A program made the position numbers and the translations under genes. From Verrucomicrobiota bacterium (GTDB taxonomy: Bacteria; Verrucomicrobiota; Verrucomicrobiia; Limisphaerales; CANJSG01), in NCBI GenBank assembly GCA_038209745.1, contig JBBQXJ010000004.1, positions 37,882 through 101,881 on the forward strand: a stretch of DNA of 64,000 nt. Reading direction: 5' to 3'. The notes below the pieces were generated by a model. The model did no database searches. It was not told where the DNA came from and saw nothing but the letters and a program-made list of their open reading frames with translations. Below are positions 47,301-54,173 of the stretch, one piece after another (positions within the stretch are counted from its first letter, which is position 1; each line of letters opens with the position of its first letter).

Positions 47301-48557
47301 CAACAACGTGCTGGCACCCACCGAAAAATCGACGGCGTCCCAGCCCTCCTTGCGCTGGACCGCCGCATTGAAGCGCAGCGTCACGGGAAAGTCTCCCGCG
47401 TGATCGAACACCAGCCAGAAACGATCCCCCGAGAAGACCACGCGCCCTCCGGATAGAGGATCGATCTCCGTCAGCGCCACTCCGTTCCCGGCCAGCACCA
47501 CCGCCGAACCCCCTTCGGGCCGATCCACCCGGGCCGTCGCCGTCACCGTGAAGCTCGCCGCGTCGTCCCCCAGACGCCCGACCATTTTGAAGTCGCGCAA
47601 CACCACGCGTCTCGCCTCCGGATCCGCCACCGTGACGGACAGCGGCAACGAATAGCCCGCCCCTAGGATCTGGAACGCCAGAGGCTCCGCCTCGTCGCCT
47701 TTGCCCAACCAGCGAAGTGCCGTCGGCAAATACTTCGCCTCGACCGGGAGCAAGCCTTCGGGATGGACGACCTGTACCAACAGCCCAGGACCCACGTCGA
47801 TCCGCACCGAACCGCTGAGCAAGGATTGGGGCGACGAAAGCGTGAAGCCCGGCAGGGGATCCGGGTAGGCCTTCAACTCCCGCACCGCCACGAGGTCCAC
47901 GACCAGTCGTGTCGCGGGTTTGTCGCCGCGCTTCGGCCGGAGCACCAGGCTCCGCGCACCGTCGGCCCCGCGTCGCAGGCTCCAGTCCTGCAAGTCCGGC
48001 CCGGTCACCGACAGGATCTCGCCCTCCCCGGACACGCCGAGCACCAGCTCCTTGGGATCGCCCTGGAGAATGTCGAGATTCGCCGAGATGCGGTTCGTCA
48101 CTCCGAGCCGGCCCACCTCCACCCGATGCTGGAGCGTCGTGGAGAAGATCACCTTGTCGCGATCCGCGCCGGACCCGTTCAACAACGCCTCGATCACCAA
48201 CCGCGCCTTGCCATCTTCGATCCCGCCAGTCACCGACACCGACTTCGCCTCGGCCGCGCGGCCCGCCATGGACGCGCCGATCAAAAGCCCCAGCACCACA
48301 AGCCCCCAACAGCCCCGAAGAATCCGTGACGGTAGGGCGAAAGCTCCCGCCGAGCCGCCGCGCGATCCCCTCGAAAGCAGAGCGCCACACTGGCGACTCC
48401 AGAACGCCCGACGGACGCCAGAACCGCTCTCTTGGAGGAGGCCCGCCCCAAGGCGGCTCGGGAGGAGCCTTCGTCCTACCGTCGACCGGGAGTCGCGTTG
48501 TTCCGGTCCGGACCGCTGCCCAGCCGCGCCGAGTCGTTCGTTGGATTCAGGTTTCAT
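41319..48557 (-). CDS. Giant (2412 aa) hypothetical membrane protein with repeated beta-rich modules
   Basis: Uninterrupted 7.2-kb ORF; signal-like segment ending about residue 100, about 9 related modules, central hydrophobic block, TPR-like helix and C-terminal TM plus basic tail; start uncertain. Confidence 0.85.
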   Translation of the reverse strand: MKPESNERLGAAGQRSGPEQRDSRSTVGRRLLPSRLGAGLLQESGSGVRRAFWSRQCGALLSRGSRGGSAGAFALPSRILRGCWGLVVLGLLIGASMAGRAAEAKSVSVTGGIEDGKARLVIEALLNGSGADRDKVIFSTTLQHRVEVGRLGVTNRISANLDILQGDPKELVLGVSGEGEILSVTGPDLQDWSLRRGADGARSLVLRPKRGDKPATRLVVDLVAVRELKAYPDPLPGFTLSSPQSLLSGSVRIDVGPGLLVQVVHPEGLLPVEAKYLPTALRWLGKGDEAEPLAFQILGAGYSLPLSVTVADPEARRVVLRDFKMVGRLGDDAASFTVTATARVDRPEGGSAVVLAGNGVALTEIDPLSGGRVVFSGDRFWLVFDHAGDFPVTLRFNAAVQRKEGWDAVDFSVGASTLLPVVLEGLPEATEFKFDGAAKPERVGATFVSHLPPDGAVRLAWKTARPEAEGRLFYAAEMLAEVSLAPGLMRQVALLDGKVMQGELGRLTLRLHGEGEVTRVLGDAVLAWNLEPIDGSSDRRLVVQFNQPQKEGFTLQVQMQTPLTAFPLAVEPMLLRPEGATRFSGHYRIVNDGAVRLEVVQATGLSQISPEQFPETDATKAAFGSSGNQRFAYRFSGGDLALRIQADSIQPEVAVSEVLTYHHGENERAIEAELELDVREAPLRELMLSVPRGYSVVRLNAAGMSDYFLRDPADAAQAELRLVYGQPVLGRQVIQLRLERNKSGSETNWALPRIAVVGAKSVRGFVGLSADAGFRLTPERTESLNEIATAFFPRKTTGLQTAFRLADGVWAAAIRVERLPQTVQAEALHLFSIGEGVAYGSSVLNYVVSGAPVSAFQIELSDEYFNVEFAGKDIRNWQKTTNGYAVQLQTPVAGSYTLLATYERPFKGQGETLTFSGARPLDAQTEQGYTLVTSAYQFRVQPAEVSPGLLVLEPGEVPAEYRLFFDAPILAAYRYTARPFNLRLALSPLTQGDSLSQVVDRASLVSRISQEGQVLTDVRYYVKNRGNTHLRVTLPQDTQLWSATVDGKPVVPVIDKKANLIPLPQNAAPDAVLVVDLKLASRSKNPARISLAAPVVAAPVMLAEWKLEPDTGRRLVYRKGSLQPVGGIPDRTGFAQWGRVLSSGRAFQAVFIGGAALVLVIIAVGVWRLTVREGVHRFSARHLVGLVVGLAAMAMATVAWVELAGVVAQQRQWPAHEVTLVAPVQQANSALQVEVGNIAEEAGDSSLASWVLVVLAAVAWGYGAAAGGMRRPATSVVGWTLLALAALVATNGGGGLLGVLAVFVGWHIVIPELRRLFAVPKRPDASSTLPPAGGVSGAATAAVLAGLLWIGSAGGAAAATAPGALPREARLPESVVQEIRVDENSATAVATIRWTAEKGQVLPLLFEPAVLTRVQYPTNALKLVSAAIQGRRVQQLVALETGRFDVVVEYEVGVQFRDVEPSGMGGTGIELPTQFGLVNRLKLTVLNQDVDVVSTGAASIQREVVGSNTVANLVLRPTVGTWIVWKPLSRDVRREKPVFYAELTHLYVPSAGVIEGAHQVSIRPAQGELAELAFTVPTGVTVTDVQGADRLVAQWRFDPDRHRLLVRLSTAQSKPFALVIRSQRATSTLPVAETVGLVVVEGAAAQVGMLGVATGNEVQLDSVEAEGLSPINLEDYPAAMTALMAGQVPGLTVRRAFRCPDLKATALIKASAMEPDIRVEAQDTVSLSEDRTVLASTLDVAITRAGIFRLSFVLPEGMDVETISGEALSHWTELKTETNRVVTLNLKGRTEGPQRFQINLVGGGVGATNAWTVPRLSLREASKQRGTLVLVPEQGMRLQVGTREGVTQLDPQKSGIRQKGVLAFRVLQAAWTVALEIEQVDPWIQVTGLQHATVGEAQMKVTANLQFQIENTGLKAFRVMLATNAENVRFQGEHVADFLPVEEAGTNGLRTWEVKLQRRVIGAYLLQATYQIPVTAQATGTTLRGVEVAGVNLQRGYVTVQAGGRLQVRAAAPQQLQPTEWQGIPRNLLKDLPDAAASFAFRLVEPGFLLPLTLERHEAAKLLPARVTHVTFTSVVSDTGAMLTQARLELLPGDKRLLHLSLPKDATFWFAFVNQNGVWPWTEKDQILIPLEQQAAGGKPVTVEIFFTSRVGVAGGSSLDLELLAPKFDLPLEDIRWRVFLGDKWNVTRWTGALQMEREEVVSLPASAELGSYLQQEASQRQEKTREAEQMLVLGNRALAQGDPQQARRAFQNAYGLSQHDDAFNEDARVQLNNLKKQQAWMGLNNLQEAAVGGVAVQGRINYTQEDAKRLMDRSGADDNAALMRLAERIVQQQDAAVANPAVIRANVPEQGRLLTFKRAVMVDTWADLNIGLEAEAVRAASGWMKTGLVAGLVVLFGTGLAIGQRRPREKN
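48328..48483. repeat. GTAG-type REPIN-like element within the 5' end of the giant ORF
   Basis: gacggtagggcgaaagctcccgccgagccg versus reverse complement of cggctcgggaggagccttcgtcctaccgtc; 156 bp. Confidence 0.8.
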
Positions 48558-48645
48558 GGTTGCTCAAAAAATCTTGGTTGCTTGCCGCCGACTGCCTGCC
48601 TGTTCCGTGTAGATTCTTCGACGGCGTTTCCGCCGTCGTCTTCCT

Positions 48646-48781
48646 AGTGGCACAGGTGCCCTCGCCTGTTCCCAGTCCCGCAGGCGCCTCCGCCTGCGGA
48701 TTCTCTTTTTGTTCGTCCGTCCGAAACACCACCGGGCGGGGCGCCCGATGGACGGATACTGGCGGGGGCGCCTGTGCCACT
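48646..48781. repeat. GTGG-type REPIN-like element between vWA gene and giant ORF
   Basis: agtggcacaggtgccctcgcctgt versus reverse complement of actggcgggggcgcctgtgccact; internal hairpin ccgcaggcg-cctc-cgcctgcgg. Confidence 0.8.
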
Positions 48782-51700
48782 TACTTCCCACCCAACCGCG
48801 TCGCCGTCGCGATGGCCTCTTCGAGCGCCTTGGCGCGGCTGTTCGCTCCATAGAACTCCGGCACGCCGACGAGGATCTTCCGCAGCGCATCCGGCGACAC
48901 CTCGCCGGCGAACGCGCTGTCCGAAAGCCACTCCGCGAACTCCGCAGCCGTCGCCGCCAGCCGCATCGCGGGCGCCGCCTGTTCCAGCGCCGGAGCTGCG
49001 CCGTTGAACGGCACTTCCCAGGCGTGTTCGCGATAGTCCTGAGTGCCCGGCACCCGGTAGCGCACCCGCACCGTCGCCAGCGGCCCTTCGCCCTGCGGAT
49101 TCACCTCCATCGTGTAGAGCGCGTTTCCCGCCTCGGCCGCGCCGATCTCGGCCGCATCGACCGAGTTGTCGCGGAACTGTTCCTTGGTCAGCTGATGTTT
49201 CGCGTAGCCGATCTGGCGATAGGCCGTGACCCGCTTGGGATTGAACTCCACCTGCACCTTCACGTCCGACGCCGCCACTCGGAGCGCTCCGGCCAGCTGC
49301 TGCGCGAAGCCGGAAGCCGCTTCCTCCGGCGAATTCAGGAAGCCATAGCGCCCGTCGCCATTGCGTGAAAGCGTCTCCAGCAGGTCGTCGTTCAAGCCCT
49401 CCCAGCCCACGCCGAAGCAGTCCAGCGCCACGCCCTGGCGCCGGTTCGACTCCACCGTTTTCTTCAACGATTCCGGATCCACGTTGCCGAGGTTCGCCGC
49501 GCCGTCCGTCAGCATGACCACGCGGTTCACGCCGTTGGCCAACAGGTGCCGGAGCGCCGTCTGATAGGCCAGGCCCATCGCCTCTTCAAGGTTTGTTCCG
49601 CCTTCGGGCGTGACCCCGTCGAGCAGGTCGAAGACCGCCAAAGCCTGGTCGCCGGACACCCCGTCCGCCCGCAGATGCGCCGTCCGCGCAAAGGTCACCA
49701 CGCTGAGCCGGTCCTGCGGCCGCAGCTGCGTGGCCAAAACGCGCAACGCTTCCCGCCGGATCCGCACCCGATCGGCGCGTTCCATCGAACCGGAGTTGTC
49801 GAGCAACACCACCAGGTTCAGCGGCTGTCCCGCCGACCGACCCGCCGCCGCCGTCTCGACGGAAAGGCGCAGCAGATCGCGGTTGTGCTCGAAGGGGGAC
49901 CGCGCCCGGTCCCACGCAAAGGCCAACGGCGCGCCCGCCGCCGGTGCCGGATCACGATAGTCGAAGGCGTTGATGAACTCCTCGCTCCGGATCGACGCCG
50001 GTTCCGGCATCTTCCCCTGCTCCAAGCTCGCCGTCGCCAGCTTGAACGACACGTCGCTGACATTGAGCGAGAAGGTCGAGAACGCATTGTCGGCCGCCAG
50101 CACTTCAGGCTGCGGAATGGGCGCGGCCGCTTTGGGTTTGGTCGCCGCCACATCGTCCGGAGCCTTCTGCTGGAGCGCCGGCAGCTCCACCAACGCCTCC
50201 GCGAGCTGCGCCAGCTTCACCTCCCGCTCGGCCAACTGTTTCTCAAGGACCTCGACGTCCTTGACCTTGATGTCTCCCTTCGACTGCAACCGGCCATCCC
50301 GGTAAACCTCCGCCGCCTTGTTCGTGATCTTGGCCGCTTCGTCCTTGTTCACGCTCAGGGTGGCGACCGCGTCTTTCTGGCCACTGAGAGCTTCCCCGAC
50401 CTTGGCGAAGAATCCCTTTTTCTCGGCCGAATCGGGTGAAGCAAGATCGTCGATCGTTACCGGGCCGGCCGGAGGAAGCGTCGGCTCATTCTTCTCCTGT
50501 TCGACCGGCCGCTTGAACTCGGAGACGATGCGCCTGGTCTGATCCAGCTGTTCCGATGCCTGCCTCTGCGGACTCGACTTCTTGGCGCCCTCGGCCACCT
50601 CCCCAAACTTGGCTTCCTGCAACGGCTTTTCACCCAGGAGCCGCCGGGATTCGTCGCTGAACCCCGCAGCTGCCGCATCCTTCGTCCGGGACACCTCCTG
50701 ACTGGGCAACCGTCCACCGGTCTGCGCCGGACTTTCGCTCTCGCCGCGGGCCAGCTCCTCGTTCCGGACCCCGTTGCTGATCTTTCCAGAGCCGAACCCG
50801 TAGGACAGGTTCTGGCGGTGACCCGGTTGCTGGGACGGGATCAGCGCGGCCGCCGATTCCGCGTTTCCGGCGAGTTCGGAAAGATCGGGACGCACCCCGG
50901 CATCTAGGCGGGTCTTCAGTTCAACCTGGATCTGGTCCTGCACCCCTTTTCTCCGGCCCGCGACTCTCACGTCCGCCGCCACGCCGGGCAACGGCCTGGG
51001 AGAGGCGGCGCCACCACGACCGCCAAAGCCTGCACTCCCAGCCGACAGAGACGCTTCGGAAGTGGCGAGCGGGGTAAACGCCGGCTCAAGACCGAAACGA
51101 TTCACCGCCACTTCGGACCTGGGCCACCCGCTTGCGACCGGCGGTGGATTTCCAGCGGTTTCAGCGGACAGCTCGGCCTTGAAGAGCCGGCCCAGCACCG
51201 GGAGATCCCCGACCACGGGTGTGGCGGAGTCGGACTCGGCTGGCAGGTTCGCGGAGGGCTCCGCCTTCTCCAACAGGCCGAGGTTTTGCGGATCCTGGAT
51301 GTCTGAAAAATTCCCTCGCACGGACCCCAAGACCGTCTGCGGAACGCCGGCCGGCGGAATCACCGGTTGGAGCGAATCGAGCAGCTGGTTTTTCGCGTAA
51401 AAGTCAAATGCCCCCGATTCCACGGCTCCATTGGCCGTCGCCGATCCGTGGATCGTCGTATTTTTATCCACGGAATCCCGGGACCGCTCCGATCCTGCAG
51501 CTCGGCCACTTGCCGCTTGTCCGCCAAAGGCCCAGTTGTTTCCGATCTCGTTTGCGAGTCGCGATCCGGCTTCTCCCACTCTTCCACTTTTCGATTCGTC
51601 GACCGTTGCCGCGGTAGAAAGCGCATCTCCAAAACTTTCCCCGGCCGTCGCGGTGCGGCCGAATTCCGCCAACTTTTGAGCCGCCTCCGATGCGCTCGCC

Positions 51701-52404
51701 TCTTCCCGATCCGCCAGCCCCAGTTGGATCGAGAGCGACGTCGGCATTCGGGTCGACGTCGGTGGCGAAGCCGGAAGTGAAGGCGTGGGAGCGCCCAACC
51801 CGGAACGGCGCGCGTCGGCGGCGAAGTCATCCGCAACCGGACCGGCAGGCCGAACGGCGCTCAACCGCGCGGAGTTGGTCACGATCAAATAGCCAAGCCC
51901 TTCAATCGCCGAAGCGGCCCTTCCGTTCCGGGAATAATGTTTGGCTTCCGCAGATTGCAGACCCGGATCCGAAGTTCCTCGGAGCTGGAAGGCGAATTCT
52001 TCGCCGCCGGCCGCTCCCATCCTCCCGAACCGGAACACGGCCACGCTGATCAATCCAACCAGCGCCGCCGCCAGGCCCAAAGGCGCGTATCGCTTCCATT
52101 CGGACCCACGAGCGGATCCACCCATGGGCACCGTTTTGAACCGCTCCAGCAGGCGCGTCCGCCGGTCGTCGGAAAGCTTCAGCGGGTCGGCTTGGGAAGC
52201 GCTTCCCTCCAGCGGTTGGGTCGCGGCTTCCCGAACGAGTCCGAGCGTGGCGGCCAGTCGGTCTCGCATCGCCTTCAGTTCGGCGTCCGCGTCGATCCGG
52301 GCCTGGAGTTCGGCTGCGTCGGTTTCGGACAGCTCTCCCAGCAGGAGCGCGAGGATCCGCACCTCCAGGTCGTCTTCGGGAAGGATGGATTCGGGCGGCT
52401 TCAT
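48781..52404 (-). CDS. Anti-sigma-like membrane protein with C-terminal YfbK-type vWA module (vWF_A + VWA + DUF3520-like), 1207 aa
   Basis: LALLLGELSETDAAELQARI anti-sigma-like N-terminus, one TM, long low-complexity linker, FSTFSLNVSDVSF/IRSEEFINAFDY, MIDAS LDNSGSM, GGTN, LTDG, YRQIGYAKHQL. Confidence 0.85.
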   Translation of the reverse strand: MKPPESILPEDDLEVRILALLLGELSETDAAELQARIDADAELKAMRDRLAATLGLVREAATQPLEGSASQADPLKLSDDRRTRLLERFKTVPMGGSARGSEWKRYAPLGLAAALVGLISVAVFRFGRMGAAGGEEFAFQLRGTSDPGLQSAEAKHYSRNGRAASAIEGLGYLIVTNSARLSAVRPAGPVADDFAADARRSGLGAPTPSLPASPPTSTRMPTSLSIQLGLADREEASASEAAQKLAEFGRTATAGESFGDALSTAATVDESKSGRVGEAGSRLANEIGNNWAFGGQAASGRAAGSERSRDSVDKNTTIHGSATANGAVESGAFDFYAKNQLLDSLQPVIPPAGVPQTVLGSVRGNFSDIQDPQNLGLLEKAEPSANLPAESDSATPVVGDLPVLGRLFKAELSAETAGNPPPVASGWPRSEVAVNRFGLEPAFTPLATSEASLSAGSAGFGGRGGAASPRPLPGVAADVRVAGRRKGVQDQIQVELKTRLDAGVRPDLSELAGNAESAAALIPSQQPGHRQNLSYGFGSGKISNGVRNEELARGESESPAQTGGRLPSQEVSRTKDAAAAGFSDESRRLLGEKPLQEAKFGEVAEGAKKSSPQRQASEQLDQTRRIVSEFKRPVEQEKNEPTLPPAGPVTIDDLASPDSAEKKGFFAKVGEALSGQKDAVATLSVNKDEAAKITNKAAEVYRDGRLQSKGDIKVKDVEVLEKQLAEREVKLAQLAEALVELPALQQKAPDDVAATKPKAAAPIPQPEVLAADNAFSTFSLNVSDVSFKLATASLEQGKMPEPASIRSEEFINAFDYRDPAPAAGAPLAFAWDRARSPFEHNRDLLRLSVETAAAGRSAGQPLNLVVLLDNSGSMERADRVRIRREALRVLATQLRPQDRLSVVTFARTAHLRADGVSGDQALAVFDLLDGVTPEGGTNLEEAMGLAYQTALRHLLANGVNRVVMLTDGAANLGNVDPESLKKTVESNRRQGVALDCFGVGWEGLNDDLLETLSRNGDGRYGFLNSPEEAASGFAQQLAGALRVAASDVKVQVEFNPKRVTAYRQIGYAKHQLTKEQFRDNSVDAAEIGAAEAGNALYTMEVNPQGEGPLATVRVRYRVPGTQDYREHAWEVPFNGAAPALEQAAPAMRLAATAAEFAEWLSDSAFAGEVSPDALRKILVGVPEFYGANSRAKALEEAIATATRLGGK

Positions 52405-52688
52405 GGCCGGGCCTCCTGTCCGTGTTCCATAGCCACCGAAAACAGATTCCCTATCCGGGCGAAAACATGAACCACAGATCGACACAGAAGAGCACATATG
52501 GAACGAACCCCTTCGAGCGAGCCCGCCCCCGATCCGGCCGCTGGATTCTCCGTGCCATTTCCAGCCTGGCTCCGACGTTCCATGAATCTATGTCCATCTG
52601 GGTCCATCTGTGGTTTCTCCCGGTTTCCGCGACAGGAGGCCCGGACCCTGGCTTCGGCTTTTGGCGTTCCGGCTTCGTGCTTGTTCAT
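52401..52688 (-). CDS. Putative 95-aa bridging ORF largely derived from a palindromic element
   Basis: ATGA overlap with sigma stop (52685-52688) and ATGA overlap with anti-sigma start (52401-52404); no recognisable domain. Confidence 0.3.
   Translation of the reverse strand: MNKHEAGTPKAEARVRASCRGNREKPQMDPDGHRFMERRSQAGNGTENPAAGSGAGSLEGVRSICALLCRSVVHVFARIGNLFSVAMEHGQEARP
52470..52615. repeat. ACCACAGAT-type decamer palindromic element
   Basis: aaccacagatcgacacagaagagcacatatggaacg ... cgttccatgaatctatgtccatctgggtccatctgtggtt. Confidence 0.75.
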
Positions 52689-53308
52689 GGCTTCACCCCT
52701 GTCTTGGCGAGTTCTTCGCCGACCGTCTTGAGCGCGTGATGGAGGAGATAGCCGACATGGCCCGGGGTCAGGCCGGTGCGTTCGGCGATCTCCTTGTAGG
52801 AAAGATTCTCGGTGAACTTCAGCCGGATCAGTTCGCGGCTCCGTTCGTCCAGCGTCTCCAGCGTGAGACGCACGAGCCCGATGCCTTCCCAGCGGGCGAC
52901 CTGTTCATCGGGCAAGGGCTGGGTGTCCGCCGTGTCGTGCTCCCGATCCTCACCGGATCCGTCGTCGACCACGGGGTGGAGGGAGACGACTTTGTCCGCC
53001 TGGCGGCGGTGGTTGAGAGCCTGGTTATGGACCGTGCGATAGAGCCACAGGCGGGGCTCGCGGACGGTTTGGAACTGGGCGTGGAGTTTCATGAACGCTT
53101 CCTGCACGAGGTCTTCCGCCGCGTTCCGATCGCCCACCAAGCGCAGCGCATAGGCGAGGAGCGGCGATTCCAGCGCCTCGAAAAGCGCCTCGATCGTCCG
53201 GTCGCCGGCCGACTCCGCCCTGGCTTCGTCTGGTCGCGTCATGGTGCTGCCGGGTGGCATGGCCTGTGGGATTTCAGTCCGCCGTTCCGGTGATGGGATC
53301 GCAGTCAA
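52685..53308 (-). CDS. ECF-family RNA polymerase sigma factor
   Basis: Region 2 AEDLVQEAFMKL, WLYRTVHNQALN; region 4 LSYKEIAERTGLTPGHVGYLLH; start TTG 53308 or ATG 53260/53242. Confidence 0.92.
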   Translation of the reverse strand: MTAIPSPERRTEIPQAMPPGSTMTRPDEARAESAGDRTIEALFEALESPLLAYALRLVGDRNAAEDLVQEAFMKLHAQFQTVREPRLWLYRTVHNQALNHRRQADKVVSLHPVVDDGSGEDREHDTADTQPLPDEQVARWEGIGLVRLTLETLDERSRELIRLKFTENLSYKEIAERTGLTPGHVGYLLHHALKTVGEELAKTGVKP

Positions 53309-53319
53309 ACATCGTGCTT

Positions 53320-53362
53320 CACCCGTTACGACACCGGAGCGGACGGTTTCTTAGACGAATTC
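53320..53362 (-). promoter_or_regulatory. 43-bp direct repeat copy 1; candidate ECF promoter upstream of sigma gene
   Basis: Minus strand gaattcgtctaaGAAAC-N15-CGTAAcgggtg; 42/43 identical to 54054-54096. Confidence 0.7.
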
Positions 53363-53432
53363 ATCAAATGACCGCCACGACTTCCGGGCAGGGCCGGGTT
53401 CAACGGATTGCCCACTGACGACGTGTTCTTCA

Positions 53433-53975
53433 TCAGTCCCTTTTTACTTCGATGTTCTTCGGCACATCGACCTGATCCAAGGCGATGCGTCCTCCAGTCC
53501 AGAAATGGACTTCCACCACATACCCGGGCTCTTTGGCGGCCTTCTGAAGCGCTTCAACCGAATTCGTTCCTTGCCGTGATAGAGTCGCCAAGTTGCGCCA
53601 GCCCTTGGGGCAAGCGGTTAGCTTCCAATCGCAAGGCCGTCCTTCCTTGGCCCACGGCGACTTCGCCTCGCCGGCGCCGTCGTGGAGCAACAGGCGCGTC
53701 TCCACCACGCCCTCCAGCTTGGCGAATTCGCCTAGAAACTTCGTCAACTGGGCTGCACTGCCGGAATAGAAGAACACGTCCTCCTGGTTCACAAAAAACC
53801 CATGGATCCGGTTGGTGGCGTTCACCATTTGCTCCAGTCCCTTGGGCCAAGTCGCCAAGCCGACGACCGGCTGGTCGTTGGGATGGTCGGCCCCGAGGGA
53901 AAAGGCGTCGCGGGCCGAGGCGAGCAGCACCCAGGCGAGGAGTATCTGAAAAATGCGGAGTGGCTTCGTCTTCAT
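53433..53975 (-). CDS. Hypothetical secreted protein (180 aa)
   Basis: Sec signal MKTKPLRIFQILLAWVLLASARDAFS; globular composition; bracketed by the 43-bp repeats. Confidence 0.75.
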   Translation of the reverse strand: MKTKPLRIFQILLAWVLLASARDAFSLGADHPNDQPVVGLATWPKGLEQMVNATNRIHGFFVNQEDVFFYSGSAAQLTKFLGEFAKLEGVVETRLLLHDGAGEAKSPWAKEGRPCDWKLTACPKGWRNLATLSRQGTNSVEALQKAAKEPGYVVEVHFWTGGRIALDQVDVPKNIEVKRD

Positions 53976-54053
53976 AATGTCTAAGGGCACACTTGTTGTT
54001 TGTTGACCGGTCAGGCTCCTGAGCCGGCCTCTTGACCGACGTGGCCAGCAAAC

Positions 54054-54096
54054 CACCCGTTACGACACCGGAGCGGACGGTTTCTTGGACGAATTC
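54054..54096 (-). promoter_or_regulatory. 43-bp direct repeat copy 2; candidate ECF promoter upstream of secreted protein gene
   Basis: Minus strand gaattcgtccaaGAAAC-N15-CGTAAcgggtg. Confidence 0.7.
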
Positions 54097-54173
54097 TGCG
54101 AACGATTGCTCCCGCCAGAAACAATCCCCGCGCTTGGCTTCCATCCGGGCCATTCGTTAGCGTCCGCCAGCCG

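Noticed and set aside
53320..54096. Direct repeats as a CRISPR array or integron attC sites
   Set aside because: Only two copies 734 bp apart, no cas or integrase gene, no attC-like palindrome
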